A stretch of 18,564 nt of DNA from IMG/VR virus record IMGVR_UViG_2875713109_000004; one strand, given 5' to 3'. The notes under the pieces are model-generated. The model was not told where the DNA came from and did no database searches. It was given only the letters and a program-made list of their open reading frames with translations. Below are positions 1 to 6,986 of the stretch, in pieces; positions within the stretch are counted from its first letter, which is position 1; each line of letters begins with the position of its first letter. This DNA is from a virus (taxonomy: Duplodnaviria; Heunggongvirae; Uroviricota; Caudoviricetes). Made by a program: the position numbers and the translations under genes.

Positions 1-1254
1 TTGCTTACCGATACCAAACTGAAAAATCTGAAGCCGCAGGAGAAACTGTATAAGGTTTCCGACCGTGACGGGCTGTATGTCGCCGTGCTCACGTCAGGAT
101 CTGTCTCGTTCCGCTACGACTACCGCATTAACGGCCGCCGGGAAACGCTGGTGATCGGTCAGTACGGTCGTGACGGTATCAGCCTGGCGGAAGCGCGCGA
201 GGAACTTATTGCCGCCAAAAAGTTGCTGAAGTCAGGCCAGTCGCCTGCTGCGGCAAAACGTGACGGTATCAGGCAGATTTCCAGCGCAGAAACATTCGCG
301 GTATATACCGACGCCTACATGAAATATGTCACCCTGGCCGACAGCACCCGATCCATGAAGCAGGCGGTTATTGAGCGTGATATCCTCCCGGTGCTCGGAA
401 ACAAGATGATGACTGAGATAACCACCAGGGTGGTGCGCGACCTGTGCGATCGTATCGTCGAGCGTGGCGGCCGGGCGACGGCGATTCAGGTCAGGGAGAT
501 AATCAGCAGTGTGTACCGGTATGCCAACGACCGCGGGCACGGCCTGTTCAATCCGGCTGCCGACATTAAGCCATCATCCATCGCTATGTTTAAGCCGCGC
601 GAGCGCACACTGTCGCCAGAGGAGATCGGCATTTTCTTCCGCGCGCTGGACGACATCGGAGCGATGGGCACAATGAAGATGGCTCTCAAGCTGGTACTGC
701 TGACGCTGGTGCGAAAAAGCGAATTCACTTACGCGACCTGGGCAGAGATCGATTTCAAGAAATGGACATGGACGATCCCCGCTGACAGGATGAAGGCCGG
801 GCGTGCGCATGTGATTTACCTGCCGAAGCAGGCGCAGGATCTGCTGGTGGGGTTGCAGATGTGTGCTGGCGGCAGTGAATACCTGGTGCCCGGGCGCTAC
901 AACTTCCGTAAGCCGTTATCGAACGCGGCGCTGAACTCGCTGGTAAACCGTACCGTGGAGGCCATAAACAGAGACGGCGAGAAGATACAGGACTTCACGG
1001 TGCATGACCTGCGCCGCACTGCCAGCACGCTGCTGCACGAAGCGGATTATCCTTCAGACTGGATCGAGAAGGCGCAGGCGCATGAGCAGAAGGGCGTGCG
1101 GGCGGTGTACAACAAAGCGGAGTATTCTCGGCAGCGCGCCTATATGTTGCAGCAGTGGGCAGATATGGTTGATGCCTGGATTAAAGGGGAGCACACCGAT
1201 CTGGTGCCGTTCTCCCCGTCGAAGTTTGAGAGGTGGACGGAAGGTAAGGATTAA
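1..1254 (+). CDS. int: Tyrosine recombinase / phage integrase (P4-like family); 5' end at or just beyond the window start
   Basis: ORF track 417 aa; N-terminal LTDTKLKNLKPQEK...GLYVAV resembles P4-type integrase N-terminus; C-terminal catalytic region has HDLRRT...H...Y pattern consistent with R-H-R-Y tyrosine recombinase residues. Frame opens at position 1 with TTG so true start may lie upstream of the window. Confidence 0.88.
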   Translation: MLTDTKLKNLKPQEKLYKVSDRDGLYVAVLTSGSVSFRYDYRINGRRETLVIGQYGRDGISLAEAREELIAAKKLLKSGQSPAAAKRDGIRQISSAETFAVYTDAYMKYVTLADSTRSMKQAVIERDILPVLGNKMMTEITTRVVRDLCDRIVERGGRATAIQVREIISSVYRYANDRGHGLFNPAADIKPSSIAMFKPRERTLSPEEIGIFFRALDDIGAMGTMKMALKLVLLTLVRKSEFTYATWAEIDFKKWTWTIPADRMKAGRAHVIYLPKQAQDLLVGLQMCAGGSEYLVPGRYNFRKPLSNAALNSLVNRTVEAINRDGEKIQDFTVHDLRRTASTLLHEADYPSDWIEKAQAHEQKGVRAVYNKAEYSRQRAYMLQQWADMVDAWIKGEHTDLVPFSPSKFERWTEGKD

Positions 1255-1258
1255 GCAG

Positions 1259-1609
1259 CTATTCAAGCTTAACACCAGGGATGTCGCTTGCAGCTATAGC
1301 GTCGTAAATTGCCTCCGCTGTCTTGCTGGCATCCCTTACCAATAAGCAAGCTGCATCGATGGCGCTTATAGCTGCATCACGCTTCTTATCTGCTTCTGAG
1401 CGGATATGGCGGAATCGATGAGCTTGGGAGGTATTTATGCAGTCAAGTCCACGAAATCTCGGGTCTTCTCCAAGCCATGTAAATGCGATTCCATCCATAG
1501 TTATGCATTCTACTCGAACCTTCTTAATTCCATATCCATTCGTTTCGTACTCACACTCACAACCAACCTGAGGCAATCCCTCGCCATCCCATTCTGTAAT
1601 ATTTTTCAT
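1259..1609 (-). CDS. Hypothetical protein (116 aa), last gene of leftward methyltransferase operon
   Basis: Internal ATG (MKNITEWDGEGL...) of track ORF 1259..1741; ATG overlaps stop of upstream methyltransferase gene (ATGA, 1606-1609); GGGAG Shine-Dalgarno about 9 nt upstream. No recognisable family. Confidence 0.45.
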   Translation of the reverse strand: MKNITEWDGEGLPQVGCECEYETNGYGIKKVRVECITMDGIAFTWLGEDPRFRGLDCINTSQAHRFRHIRSEADKKRDAAISAIDAACLLVRDASKTAEAIYDAIAASDIPGVKLE

Positions 1610-2253
1610 GCCGCACGCTCCCGGCCCTGGTTGTCTGTTGGTGACAACGGAGCATTTGCGAATGCCCGCGTCATCCCGGCGATATCCAGCGCGTAGCCAG
1701 GTTGCAACTGCACCGCTGGACCTTTGCACTGGTTGCCCCATACGTCGAAACCATGCGACGACTGGCGGGCGAACAACTCGATGCGCGGCACATCTCCCAG
1801 CAACTGCACCAGTTTTTCCCTGATCACGTCAGGCTTTCGCGAGTTCTCCAGGCGTGGCGCCGTGACGTGCTGGCAGATAGAGGCGTCCATGCGCGCCGGG
1901 AGTTTCCCGCGCACCGCGAAAAGGCAGTCTTCGCTGTTCGCCCTGGTCATGTGTCCCATGCCGATCTCGCTGTTGCCTTTGTGCTTGTTCGTCTTATGCC
2001 AGGTGAATCCCTTCATTGTCATCAGCTTGAATCCCCACGCTTCGACAACCTTCAACGCTTCAACCGGCTGCGTCGGAACCCACCACATCGCGAGCAGGCA
2101 ATCTTCGGCGGCCAGGTCCCACACCGGCAGGCGGCAGATATCCAGCACGTTCATGACCGGGTATTTGAACCCGGCGCCGCGGTTGCCGTCTGCTGCTTTG
2201 TCGCGGTATACCCAGGGCGGGTCAGCGTAGATAAGAGTGTATTTTCCGGTCAT
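1606..2253 (-). CDS. DNA methyltransferase, beta-class amino-MTase (MT-A70-like, DPPW motif near N-terminus); likely N6-adenine
   Basis: Track ORF 215 aa; motif LIYADPPWVY near N-terminus is the hallmark motif IV of MT-A70/beta-class N6A/N4C methyltransferases; AAGGTGG SD 6 nt upstream; start overlaps upstream stop (ATGA). Confidence 0.78.
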   Translation of the reverse strand: MTGKYTLIYADPPWVYRDKAADGNRGAGFKYPVMNVLDICRLPVWDLAAEDCLLAMWWVPTQPVEALKVVEAWGFKLMTMKGFTWHKTNKHKGNSEIGMGHMTRANSEDCLFAVRGKLPARMDASICQHVTAPRLENSRKPDVIREKLVQLLGDVPRIELFARQSSHGFDVWGNQCKGPAVQLQPGYALDIAGMTRAFANAPLSPTDNQGRERAA

Positions 2254-2408
2254 GCTGCCACCTTCTTGCTGTTCATCAGCTCAGCCAGGCGCTGAGCCTT
2301 CAATAGGTTTCTGATAACCTGGCCGCCTGGTGCCAGCCACCCGCGGCGCAGTGTTGAATAAAACAGCGTGATGCTGCCGACGCGGATATTGTCGTGAGGG
2401 CTAGTCAT
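2250..2408 (-). CDS. Small hypothetical protein (52 aa)
   Basis: Internal ATG (MTSPHDNIRV...) of track ORF 2250..2582 placed so that it starts 5 nt after the stop of the upstream PerC-like gene and its stop overlaps the methyltransferase start; weak SD. The longer track ORF would overlap the upstream gene extensively. Confidence 0.3.
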   Translation of the reverse strand: MTSPHDNIRVGSITLFYSTLRRGWLAPGGQVIRNLLKAQRLAELMNSKKVAA

Positions 2409-2700
2409 AAACCACCCCGCGACATCCGATCCCGCTGTAATCCAGGTGCGGGGTGCGGTTACCTTTGGTGATGCACTGCTGGCGGCGCACCGCGATTCGG
2501 GCGCGCTCCACTTCACCGACGGCAGCATCCAGACACTGTAGCCATAGTCTGGCTGCGATTCGGTAATGCCCGCGGCGCTCACGCTCGATGGCCCGGCTTT
2601 CGATCTCCATCGCTTCCGGAGTTACTGCCACAACTTTTTCAGTTCCGCGCTGCGATGCTTTGTTCATGTGATATTTTTCAAGGCGGGTTAATTTTCTCAT
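2401..2700 (-). CDS. PerC/ANR-family-like small transcriptional regulator
   Basis: Internal ATG (MRKLTRLEKYHMNKAS...) of track ORF 2401..2784; motif ERERRGHYRIAARLWLQCL resembles the G-x-WRRAA-x-RWL signature of PerC/ANR small regulators (recalled from memory, not searched). Alternative start at 2667 (MNKAS). Confidence 0.45.
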   Translation of the reverse strand: MRKLTRLEKYHMNKASQRGTEKVVAVTPEAMEIESRAIERERRGHYRIAARLWLQCLDAAVGEVERARIAVRRQQCITKGNRTPHLDYSGIGCRGVVYD

Positions 2701-2809
2701 TTGATCTACCCATCTCAACTGATTACCGCCGCCAGCCACATCAGGTAGGCGACCACGGCCAGATACAGGTAAACATCTGACCATCTTCCGATATGCTTTT
2801 TCAGCGCCG

Positions 2810-3058
2810 TCATGCTGCTGCGCTCACCGGGCGATACACTCGGCGGTCAACTGGCGGCTTTTTTCCGGTGAACGTCGCCGGGCTTGCCGCCTTACGTTTA
2901 TCCAGCCAGGCTTCAACTTCGCTCTGGTCCCACGCGCAGCGGCGATCGGTGATCCAGAAACGAGACGGAAATTTGCCAGCCTGTTCCAGGCGGTCAATCG
3001 TGCTCCATGACAGTGGCACCACCGCCAGGAGTTCCTTCTTACCAAACGCACCTTTCAT
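2810..3058 (-). CDS. AlpA-family phage regulatory / excisionase-like DNA-binding protein
   Basis: Track ORF 82 aa; segment FPSRFWITDRRCAWDQSEVEAWL resembles AlpA/Xis-type winged-helix proteins; GAGAGG SD upstream of ATG at 3058. Confidence 0.7.
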   Translation of the reverse strand: MKGAFGKKELLAVVPLSWSTIDRLEQAGKFPSRFWITDRRCAWDQSEVEAWLDKRKAASPATFTGKKPPVDRRVYRPVSAAA

Positions 3059-3107
3059 AAATACCTCTCTTGGTTGCAGGTGTGGCGCCGCGGCGCCACA
3101 GTGGTGA

Positions 3108-3989
3108 TTACATAGGGACGTTGTTCAGCTCATCACGGCGGATGGTGTAAACGTCTGTTGCTTTAGCCAGGAGCTCATCATCGTTAGCGAGCTTGCTGGC
3201 AACGTATTTGTATGCCTTATCAAGATCCTTCAGCGTGTTGTAGTTCATCGCTGCGTCAGTGAAAGCGCACAGAATTTCTTCAGGATCGCGGTCATCACTG
3301 CTCTTCGGCTTCTCTTCCTGGTGCTGCTCAGGCTTGGAGTTGATCAGCTTGTTCATGCCTGAGGCGGTGGCGGGCGTCGGCGTGATATCGCGCTCAACGC
3401 GTGGTGCTGTCTCCTGCAATTCGTCAGGGGTGTACACGCCAAGCAGGACGTCTGGAGCATTCAGTCGCGCCCAACGCTTAACGCACAGGTATGCCAGTTG
3501 CTGGCGTGGATCCTGCTCCCACAGAGGGGAGTTACGCACACCGGCCTGCGCCATGCTGATCGTCAGCTCGCGCGGTTCTGATTCTCCTTTGAGGGTCGCC
3601 CACACGGTTACTGTCAGGTTCGGCGATTTGTCGGATTTCCCGTTTACTTTCGACCAGTCACCGTCCCAGCGATAATTCAGGCGGGTGGCCAGCAGATTGG
3701 AGGAGGACACAACCGCGTTAACCAGTTGCGCTTCATATCCCAGCGTGCCGTTTACCACGTGAGTTTTCTGAGCCACGGCGAACGGGTTCATTCCCCACTG
3801 TGCAGCCTGCATAGTCACTGCCAGGCAGTCAGCAGGCTTACCTGCCAGGTGTGCCGGAACAGTGGCCTTACTGTCAGCCATCAGGGTTGCGAAACGCACC
3901 AGGCGGTCCATACCCTCAGGGCTGAATATTGCCGCAGCGGTGCCAACTGTAGCGCCAGGCTGCGATGTGATTGCGATGTCGTTGCTCAT
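3108..3989 (-). CDS. recT: RecT-family single-strand annealing recombinase
   Basis: Track ORF 3108..4016; start placed at internal ATG (MSNDIAITSQ...) whose ATG overlaps the stop of the upstream exonuclease gene (ATGA at 3986-3989). Sequence resembles prophage RecT proteins as recalled; paired with a nuclease gene as expected for a RecET-type module. Confidence 0.8.
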   Translation of the reverse strand: MSNDIAITSQPGATVGTAAAIFSPEGMDRLVRFATLMADSKATVPAHLAGKPADCLAVTMQAAQWGMNPFAVAQKTHVVNGTLGYEAQLVNAVVSSSNLLATRLNYRWDGDWSKVNGKSDKSPNLTVTVWATLKGESEPRELTISMAQAGVRNSPLWEQDPRQQLAYLCVKRWARLNAPDVLLGVYTPDELQETAPRVERDITPTPATASGMNKLINSKPEQHQEEKPKSSDDRDPEEILCAFTDAAMNYNTLKDLDKAYKYVASKLANDDELLAKATDVYTIRRDELNNVPM

Positions 3990-4807
3990 ACGTACATATC
4001 CTGTTTGCGTGCCCACTCAGGGCGTTTAATAATTTCAAATCCACCCCATTCGCCTGACTCCCGGCACTGGTGGTAGGTATTCAGATCCCGGCGGAACAGT
4101 GCATGCCCGGCATCTACGTCTGTCGCATCCAGCTCGAACACGCGCACCGGGTAGCGGCCACAGTCGATGGTTTCGCTCACTGCCAGGAAGAAGAATCCGT
4201 GCGGCTCACCGGTGGTCTGCTGCGCGCCTTCGCGGTACATGGCGTCCTGAACGTGGTACCGGAATTCTTCGACGTGGCGGGCGAAGCGCTCCATGTCTGC
4301 AACTTTCTTCACGTCCAGCAGCACCGGGTGATACTTCAGCCGCTTGTCCGGGCGGATGCGGCACAGCTCGCCAGTCTCCGGATCCGTCCAGTAATGCGAT
4401 GCTTCGCAGAATCCTTCCGCTTCAAGCAGCCAGCGCGATGCCGGGTGAGCCATTGCGCTATCACGCATCAGCTCCAGTTTCCGCCACTGCTCTTCATCAA
4501 GTACCGAAATACCCATATCCGCCACATCACGAAGAAATGCCTCTTCGTCAGCTTTACCTTGTTTCGTCCGACGATCGAATTTCGGTGAAACAATGAAGCG
4601 TTTGTCGAACTCTCCAGGCTCCAGAAGCAGACAGTGCAATGCGGTTCCCATATCCAGTGCAGACTTTTTCTCTTCGTCTTCTGGTGCTGCCTGAACCCAT
4701 TTAAGAAGCGCCGGATTCTTGGCTACCATGTCCAGTTGCGACTTACTCACGCCGTCACCGGCGTGGTAGTCTTCGTTGCTGATGTCGAAATAAATTCCCG
4801 GTTTCAT
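3986..4807 (-). CDS. PD-(D/E)XK-family exonuclease (RecE-like partner of RecT)
   Basis: Track ORF 273 aa; region ...RIRPDKRLKYHPVLLDVKKV... fits a D...(D/E)xK nuclease core; position immediately upstream of recT with overlapping stop/start; AGAGGGA SD upstream of ATG at 4807. Confidence 0.7.
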   Translation of the reverse strand: MKPGIYFDISNEDYHAGDGVSKSQLDMVAKNPALLKWVQAAPEDEEKKSALDMGTALHCLLLEPGEFDKRFIVSPKFDRRTKQGKADEEAFLRDVADMGISVLDEEQWRKLELMRDSAMAHPASRWLLEAEGFCEASHYWTDPETGELCRIRPDKRLKYHPVLLDVKKVADMERFARHVEEFRYHVQDAMYREGAQQTTGEPHGFFFLAVSETIDCGRYPVRVFELDATDVDAGHALFRRDLNTYHQCRESGEWGGFEIIKRPEWARKQDMYV

Positions 4808-5103
4808 GCCGCGTCCCTCTGTCCATCAAGCTGATCCGCCAGATCCCAGCGGGCGATAATTGCCATTGCCTCGCGCCGGTAGGCATCCATCAGTTCTTCG
4901 AACTCAGGGCTGTCTTTAGCAGCCTCCAGTACTTCCTGACGAACGCCTTTGCCTGTTACAACGTCGAAAGTTGAGGACAGTTGATGAAGTCGGATGCTCT
5001 CAATCAGTTCAACTTGTCGGTCATATAGCTGTTCTGACAGGTGGTAGTCCTTGTCGAATGCCAGCATGATTTTTTGAAGATTTTTCTGCTGATTAACGTT
5101 CAT
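4804..5103 (-). CDS. Hypothetical early protein (99 aa)
   Basis: Internal ATG (MNVNQQKNLQ...) of track ORF 4804..5118 with strong GGAGGG SD upstream; stop overlaps start of exonuclease gene (ATGA). Confidence 0.5.
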   Translation of the reverse strand: MNVNQQKNLQKIMLAFDKDYHLSEQLYDRQVELIESIRLHQLSSTFDVVTGKGVRQEVLEAAKDSPEFEELMDAYRREAMAIIARWDLADQLDGQRDAA

Positions 5104-5105
5104 TA

Positions 5106-5258
5106 TCAGCCCTCCCATATCTCGTTATCGTTGGCCACATCGCGAGCTTCTTTGCTGACGAAAGCCCACTTGATGCCTTCCTGTAAGGTGCGGCACTTGG
5201 TGCTCATCAGCCCGCACGCCGTAACGCAGTACCAACCGTTGATGATTTTCCACTGCAT
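5106..5258 (-). CDS. Small Cys-containing hypothetical protein (50 aa), first gene of leftward early operon
   Basis: Hand translation of minus strand: MQWKIINGWYCVTACGLMSTKCRTLQEGIKWAFVSKEARDVANDNEIWEG; below the ORF-track size cutoff; stop lies 2 nt before next gene start; TGAGGT-like SD upstream. Coordinates hand-derived, could be off by a few nt. Confidence 0.3.
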   Translation of the reverse strand: MQWKIINGWYCVTACGLMSTKCRTLQEGIKWAFVSKEARDVANDNEIWEG

Positions 5259-5275
5259 AATTCGTTACCTCAGTG

Positions 5276-5352
5276 TTACCGTTGGGGTAATAATTATCCT
5301 TATGTGGTTTGAAGTCAATAGGTATGATTATAAAAAATTACCCGTAAGGTAA
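5276..5352 (-). promoter_or_regulatory. Leftward early promoter region with two perfect TTACC-N5-GGTAA operator palindromes (5276-5290 and 5338-5352) and a TATAAT -10 (minus strand, 5327-5332)
   Basis: Read directly: gTTACCgttggGGTAAt and aTTACCcgtaaGGTAAt; minus-strand TATAAT at 5327-5332 with the 5338-5352 palindrome sitting where a -35 would be. Confidence 0.55.
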
Positions 5353-5361
5353 TTCTAAGGG

Positions 5362-5390
5362 CAATAAAAAAGCCGCTCAATGGCGGCTTA
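5362..5390 (-). terminator. Rho-independent terminator downstream of repressor gene
   Basis: Minus-strand hairpin AAGCCGC-cattga-GCGGCTT followed by TTTTTTATT (plus-strand aaaaaagccgctcaatggcggctt). Confidence 0.6.
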
Positions 5391-5409
5391 ATATCTGAAA
5401 TGTATGGAG

Positions 5410-6000
5410 TTATTCTTGAGTTTTACCGTTCTGAACAATCACGAAATCGACGTAGCTCTCGATCTTGCTTTTCTCGCTCTCAGGTAACAATGCGTAGCGG
5501 GCCCGGTCGTAATGGATGGTCGCCGGGTCGCGAGGATGGATGAGCAACTCATAGCCGCGGCGGCCGAACGCGCTGGCGATCGCCTCCAGGGTGGAGATGG
5601 AAACGCTAACCTCATTGTTCAGCATGCGGTTGATTGTCGCCTGGGCAACGCCGGACGCCTTCGACAGCTTACCCTGGGAGGACAGGTCGCGGTTGTTCTG
5701 CATCCACGCTTCGAGGTTATGCGCCGCCAGCTGGCCGATATCGGAAGGGGTGATCTCCTCCTGGGGGATGGCAACAGCAGATAATGAGTGGTCGACGTCC
5801 AGCCAGTTCGACGGTTTGTTCGCTGCCTTCTCAATCTTGCGCGCCACCGTGTCGCCGACAACCTTCTGCCCGCGGGCCCAGCGGTTCACCAGGTTTGCCT
5901 GAGTTCCCAGTTTTTCCGCCAGACGAGTCTGCACCCCGTTAAAGTCACGGTCGATGATATCGTTAATATTCTGCCTGCGGATATCCTGAATACTTTTCAT
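5410..6000 (-). CDS. Prophage repressor, tandem helix-turn-helix architecture (186-CI-like N-terminal HTH), no S24 peptidase domain
   Basis: Track ORF 196 aa; two HTH-like segments (QTRLAEKLGTQANLVNRWARGQ and LSKASGVAQATINRMLNNEVS); no Ala-Gly cleavage site plus Ser/Lys peptidase domain seen; divergent from a Cro-like gene across an operator-rich intergenic region. Confidence 0.75.
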   Translation of the reverse strand: MKSIQDIRRQNINDIIDRDFNGVQTRLAEKLGTQANLVNRWARGQKVVGDTVARKIEKAANKPSNWLDVDHSLSAVAIPQEEITPSDIGQLAAHNLEAWMQNNRDLSSQGKLSKASGVAQATINRMLNNEVSVSISTLEAIASAFGRRGYELLIHPRDPATIHYDRARYALLPESEKSKIESYVDFVIVQNGKTQE

Positions 6001-6055
6001 GCTCTGGTGAATCGCCTCATATATGAATTAGTTAGTGGTTCAATTAAAAGCGAAT

Positions 6056-6118
6056 TTACCTCACAGGTAAATGCACCCGACAGGTAACAAACCTTGATTT
6101 TTATTACCTTCTGGGTGA
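6056..6118. promoter_or_regulatory. Divergent immunity-region operator/promoter array: perfect TTACC-N5-GGTAA (6056-6070), degenerate copies at 6073-6087 and 6104-6118, candidate rightward promoter TTGATT (6094-6099)
   Basis: Read directly: tTTACCtcacaGGTAAa; gcaccCGACAGGTAA; TTACCttctgGGTGA. Three-site arrangement between repressor and cro-like gene resembles lambdoid OR organisation. Confidence 0.6.
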
Positions 6119-6154
6119 ATATTTGTTATCTGAAATTAATATCAGGCAATAGCT

Positions 6155-6385
6155 ATGAGCGAGAACGAAAAATTCGACTTCAAAAAACACTGGTTGCAAC
6201 TCACTCCTGATGAGCGAAATGCCTTTGCTGACGAGGCCGGAACGACCAGCCACTACATCCAGACTCATCTGACAGGCCGCCGGAAAATGCCCGGTAAGAC
6301 ATTGATGAATGGGCTATTTAAGGCATGTAAACAACGCGGATGGGTCAGAACTAAGCCTGAACTGGCTATCTTCTTCTACGAATAA
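6155..6385 (+). CDS. Cro/CII-like small HTH regulator
   Basis: Track ORF 76 aa; segment AFADEAGTTSHYIQTHLTGRRKMP resembles small phage HTH regulators (Cro/CII/YdaS-like); divergent from repressor. Confidence 0.6.
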   Translation: MSENEKFDFKKHWLQLTPDERNAFADEAGTTSHYIQTHLTGRRKMPGKTLMNGLFKACKQRGWVRTKPELAIFFYE

Positions 6386-6405
6386 AAACTCCTTCTAAAC
6401 CCCAT

Positions 6406-6430
6406 CAGGCCGCCTTCTGGCGGTCTTTTC
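6406..6430 (+). terminator. Rho-independent terminator immediately downstream of cro-like gene
   Basis: Hairpin GGCCGCC-ttct-GGCGGTC (one G-U pair) followed by TTTTC; 20 nt after cro-like stop. Confidence 0.5.
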
Positions 6431-6534
6431 ATATCTATTCAGTCCTCTCAGGTAATAATAATCCGAATATGGTTGATCTTTTTTCGGCCATCGCACAAAA
6501 TCATCGTAACCATAACCAGAATCTGAGGTGAAGT

Positions 6535-6744
6535 GTGGAGATTATCACTCGTATGTCAGCCGCGAAGGCTGGACTGAAGCGTTATTACACCGGAAAGCAG
6601 TGTAAGCGAGGCCATGACAGCGAGCGCTGGGTTTACAACGGCCATTGTGTGGAATGCACCATGGAGTCAAACCGCAGGCGCCAGGCAGAGATTAAACGGA
6701 TTATGGATGAAGCTGCGAAAGGCAACGTGCCGGAGGTGATCTGA
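6535..6744 (+). CDS. Small putative zinc-binding protein (69 aa)
   Basis: Track ORF; motif CKRGHDSERWVYNGHCVEC (C-x3-H ... C-x2-C); GAGGTG SD before GTG at 6535 (alternative ATG at 6553). 3' end overlaps the convergent minus-strand ORF by about 44 nt, so one of the two may be shorter or spurious. Confidence 0.4.
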   Translation: MEIITRMSAAKAGLKRYYTGKQCKRGHDSERWVYNGHCVECTMESNRRRQAEIKRIMDEAAKGNVPEVI

Positions 6745-6928
6745 TGGCGCGCAGCTCAGCCATCGGGCCATCAACATTAAAGCCATCATCACCCAGCTGG
6801 CGCAGCAATGTCATCAGGTGCGAATCTTCAACAAGGGAGCGAACGCCTCCCGGCGTGTGTATACGTTCGGCAAAGCCTTTTTCCAGCGGGTGATGATACT
6901 GACGTTGCATCTGATATTCTCCATGCAT
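6701..6928 (-). CDS. Small ORF directly downstream of a LexA box; candidate SOS-controlled antirepressor (function inferred from context only)
   Basis: Track ORF 75 aa (MHGEYQMQRQYHH...); second ATG at 6910 has GGAG SD about 8 nt upstream and is the more likely start; LexA box sits 4 nt upstream of the first ATG. No recognisable domain. Confidence 0.35.
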   Translation of the reverse strand: MHGEYQMQRQYHHPLEKGFAERIHTPGGVRSLVEDSHLMTLLRQLGDDGFNVDGPMAELRAIRSPPARCLSQLHP

Positions 6929-6929
6929 T

Positions 6930-6949
6930 CACTGTATTTATGTACAGTA
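6930..6949. promoter_or_regulatory. LexA (SOS) box
   Basis: cACTGTATTTATGTACAGTA: perfect CTGT-N8-ACAG with AT-rich spacer, 17 of 20 matches to TACTGTATATATATACAGTA by hand alignment. Confidence 0.7.
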
Positions 6950-6986
6950 GCAAAAGTCCAAGTGACTATCCAGAACGAATTGCCAT

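Noticed and set aside
1004-1345. Plus-strand 113-aa ORF overlapping the 3' end of the integrase
   Set aside because: Alternative frame within the integrase gene; Arg/Cys-rich composition, no start context; integrase frame is clearly the coding one.
1702-2295. Plus-strand ORFs (197 aa and 168 aa) antisense to the methyltransferase gene
   Set aside because: They overlap a minus-strand gene with a clear DPPW methyltransferase signature and good SD; their translations are Arg/Pro/His-rich low-complexity strings typical of antisense frames in GC-rich DNA.
5512-5902. Several ORFs on both strands inside the repressor gene region (5512..5784, 5591..5902, 5619..5861)
   Set aside because: All overlap the well-supported repressor CDS; no independent signals.
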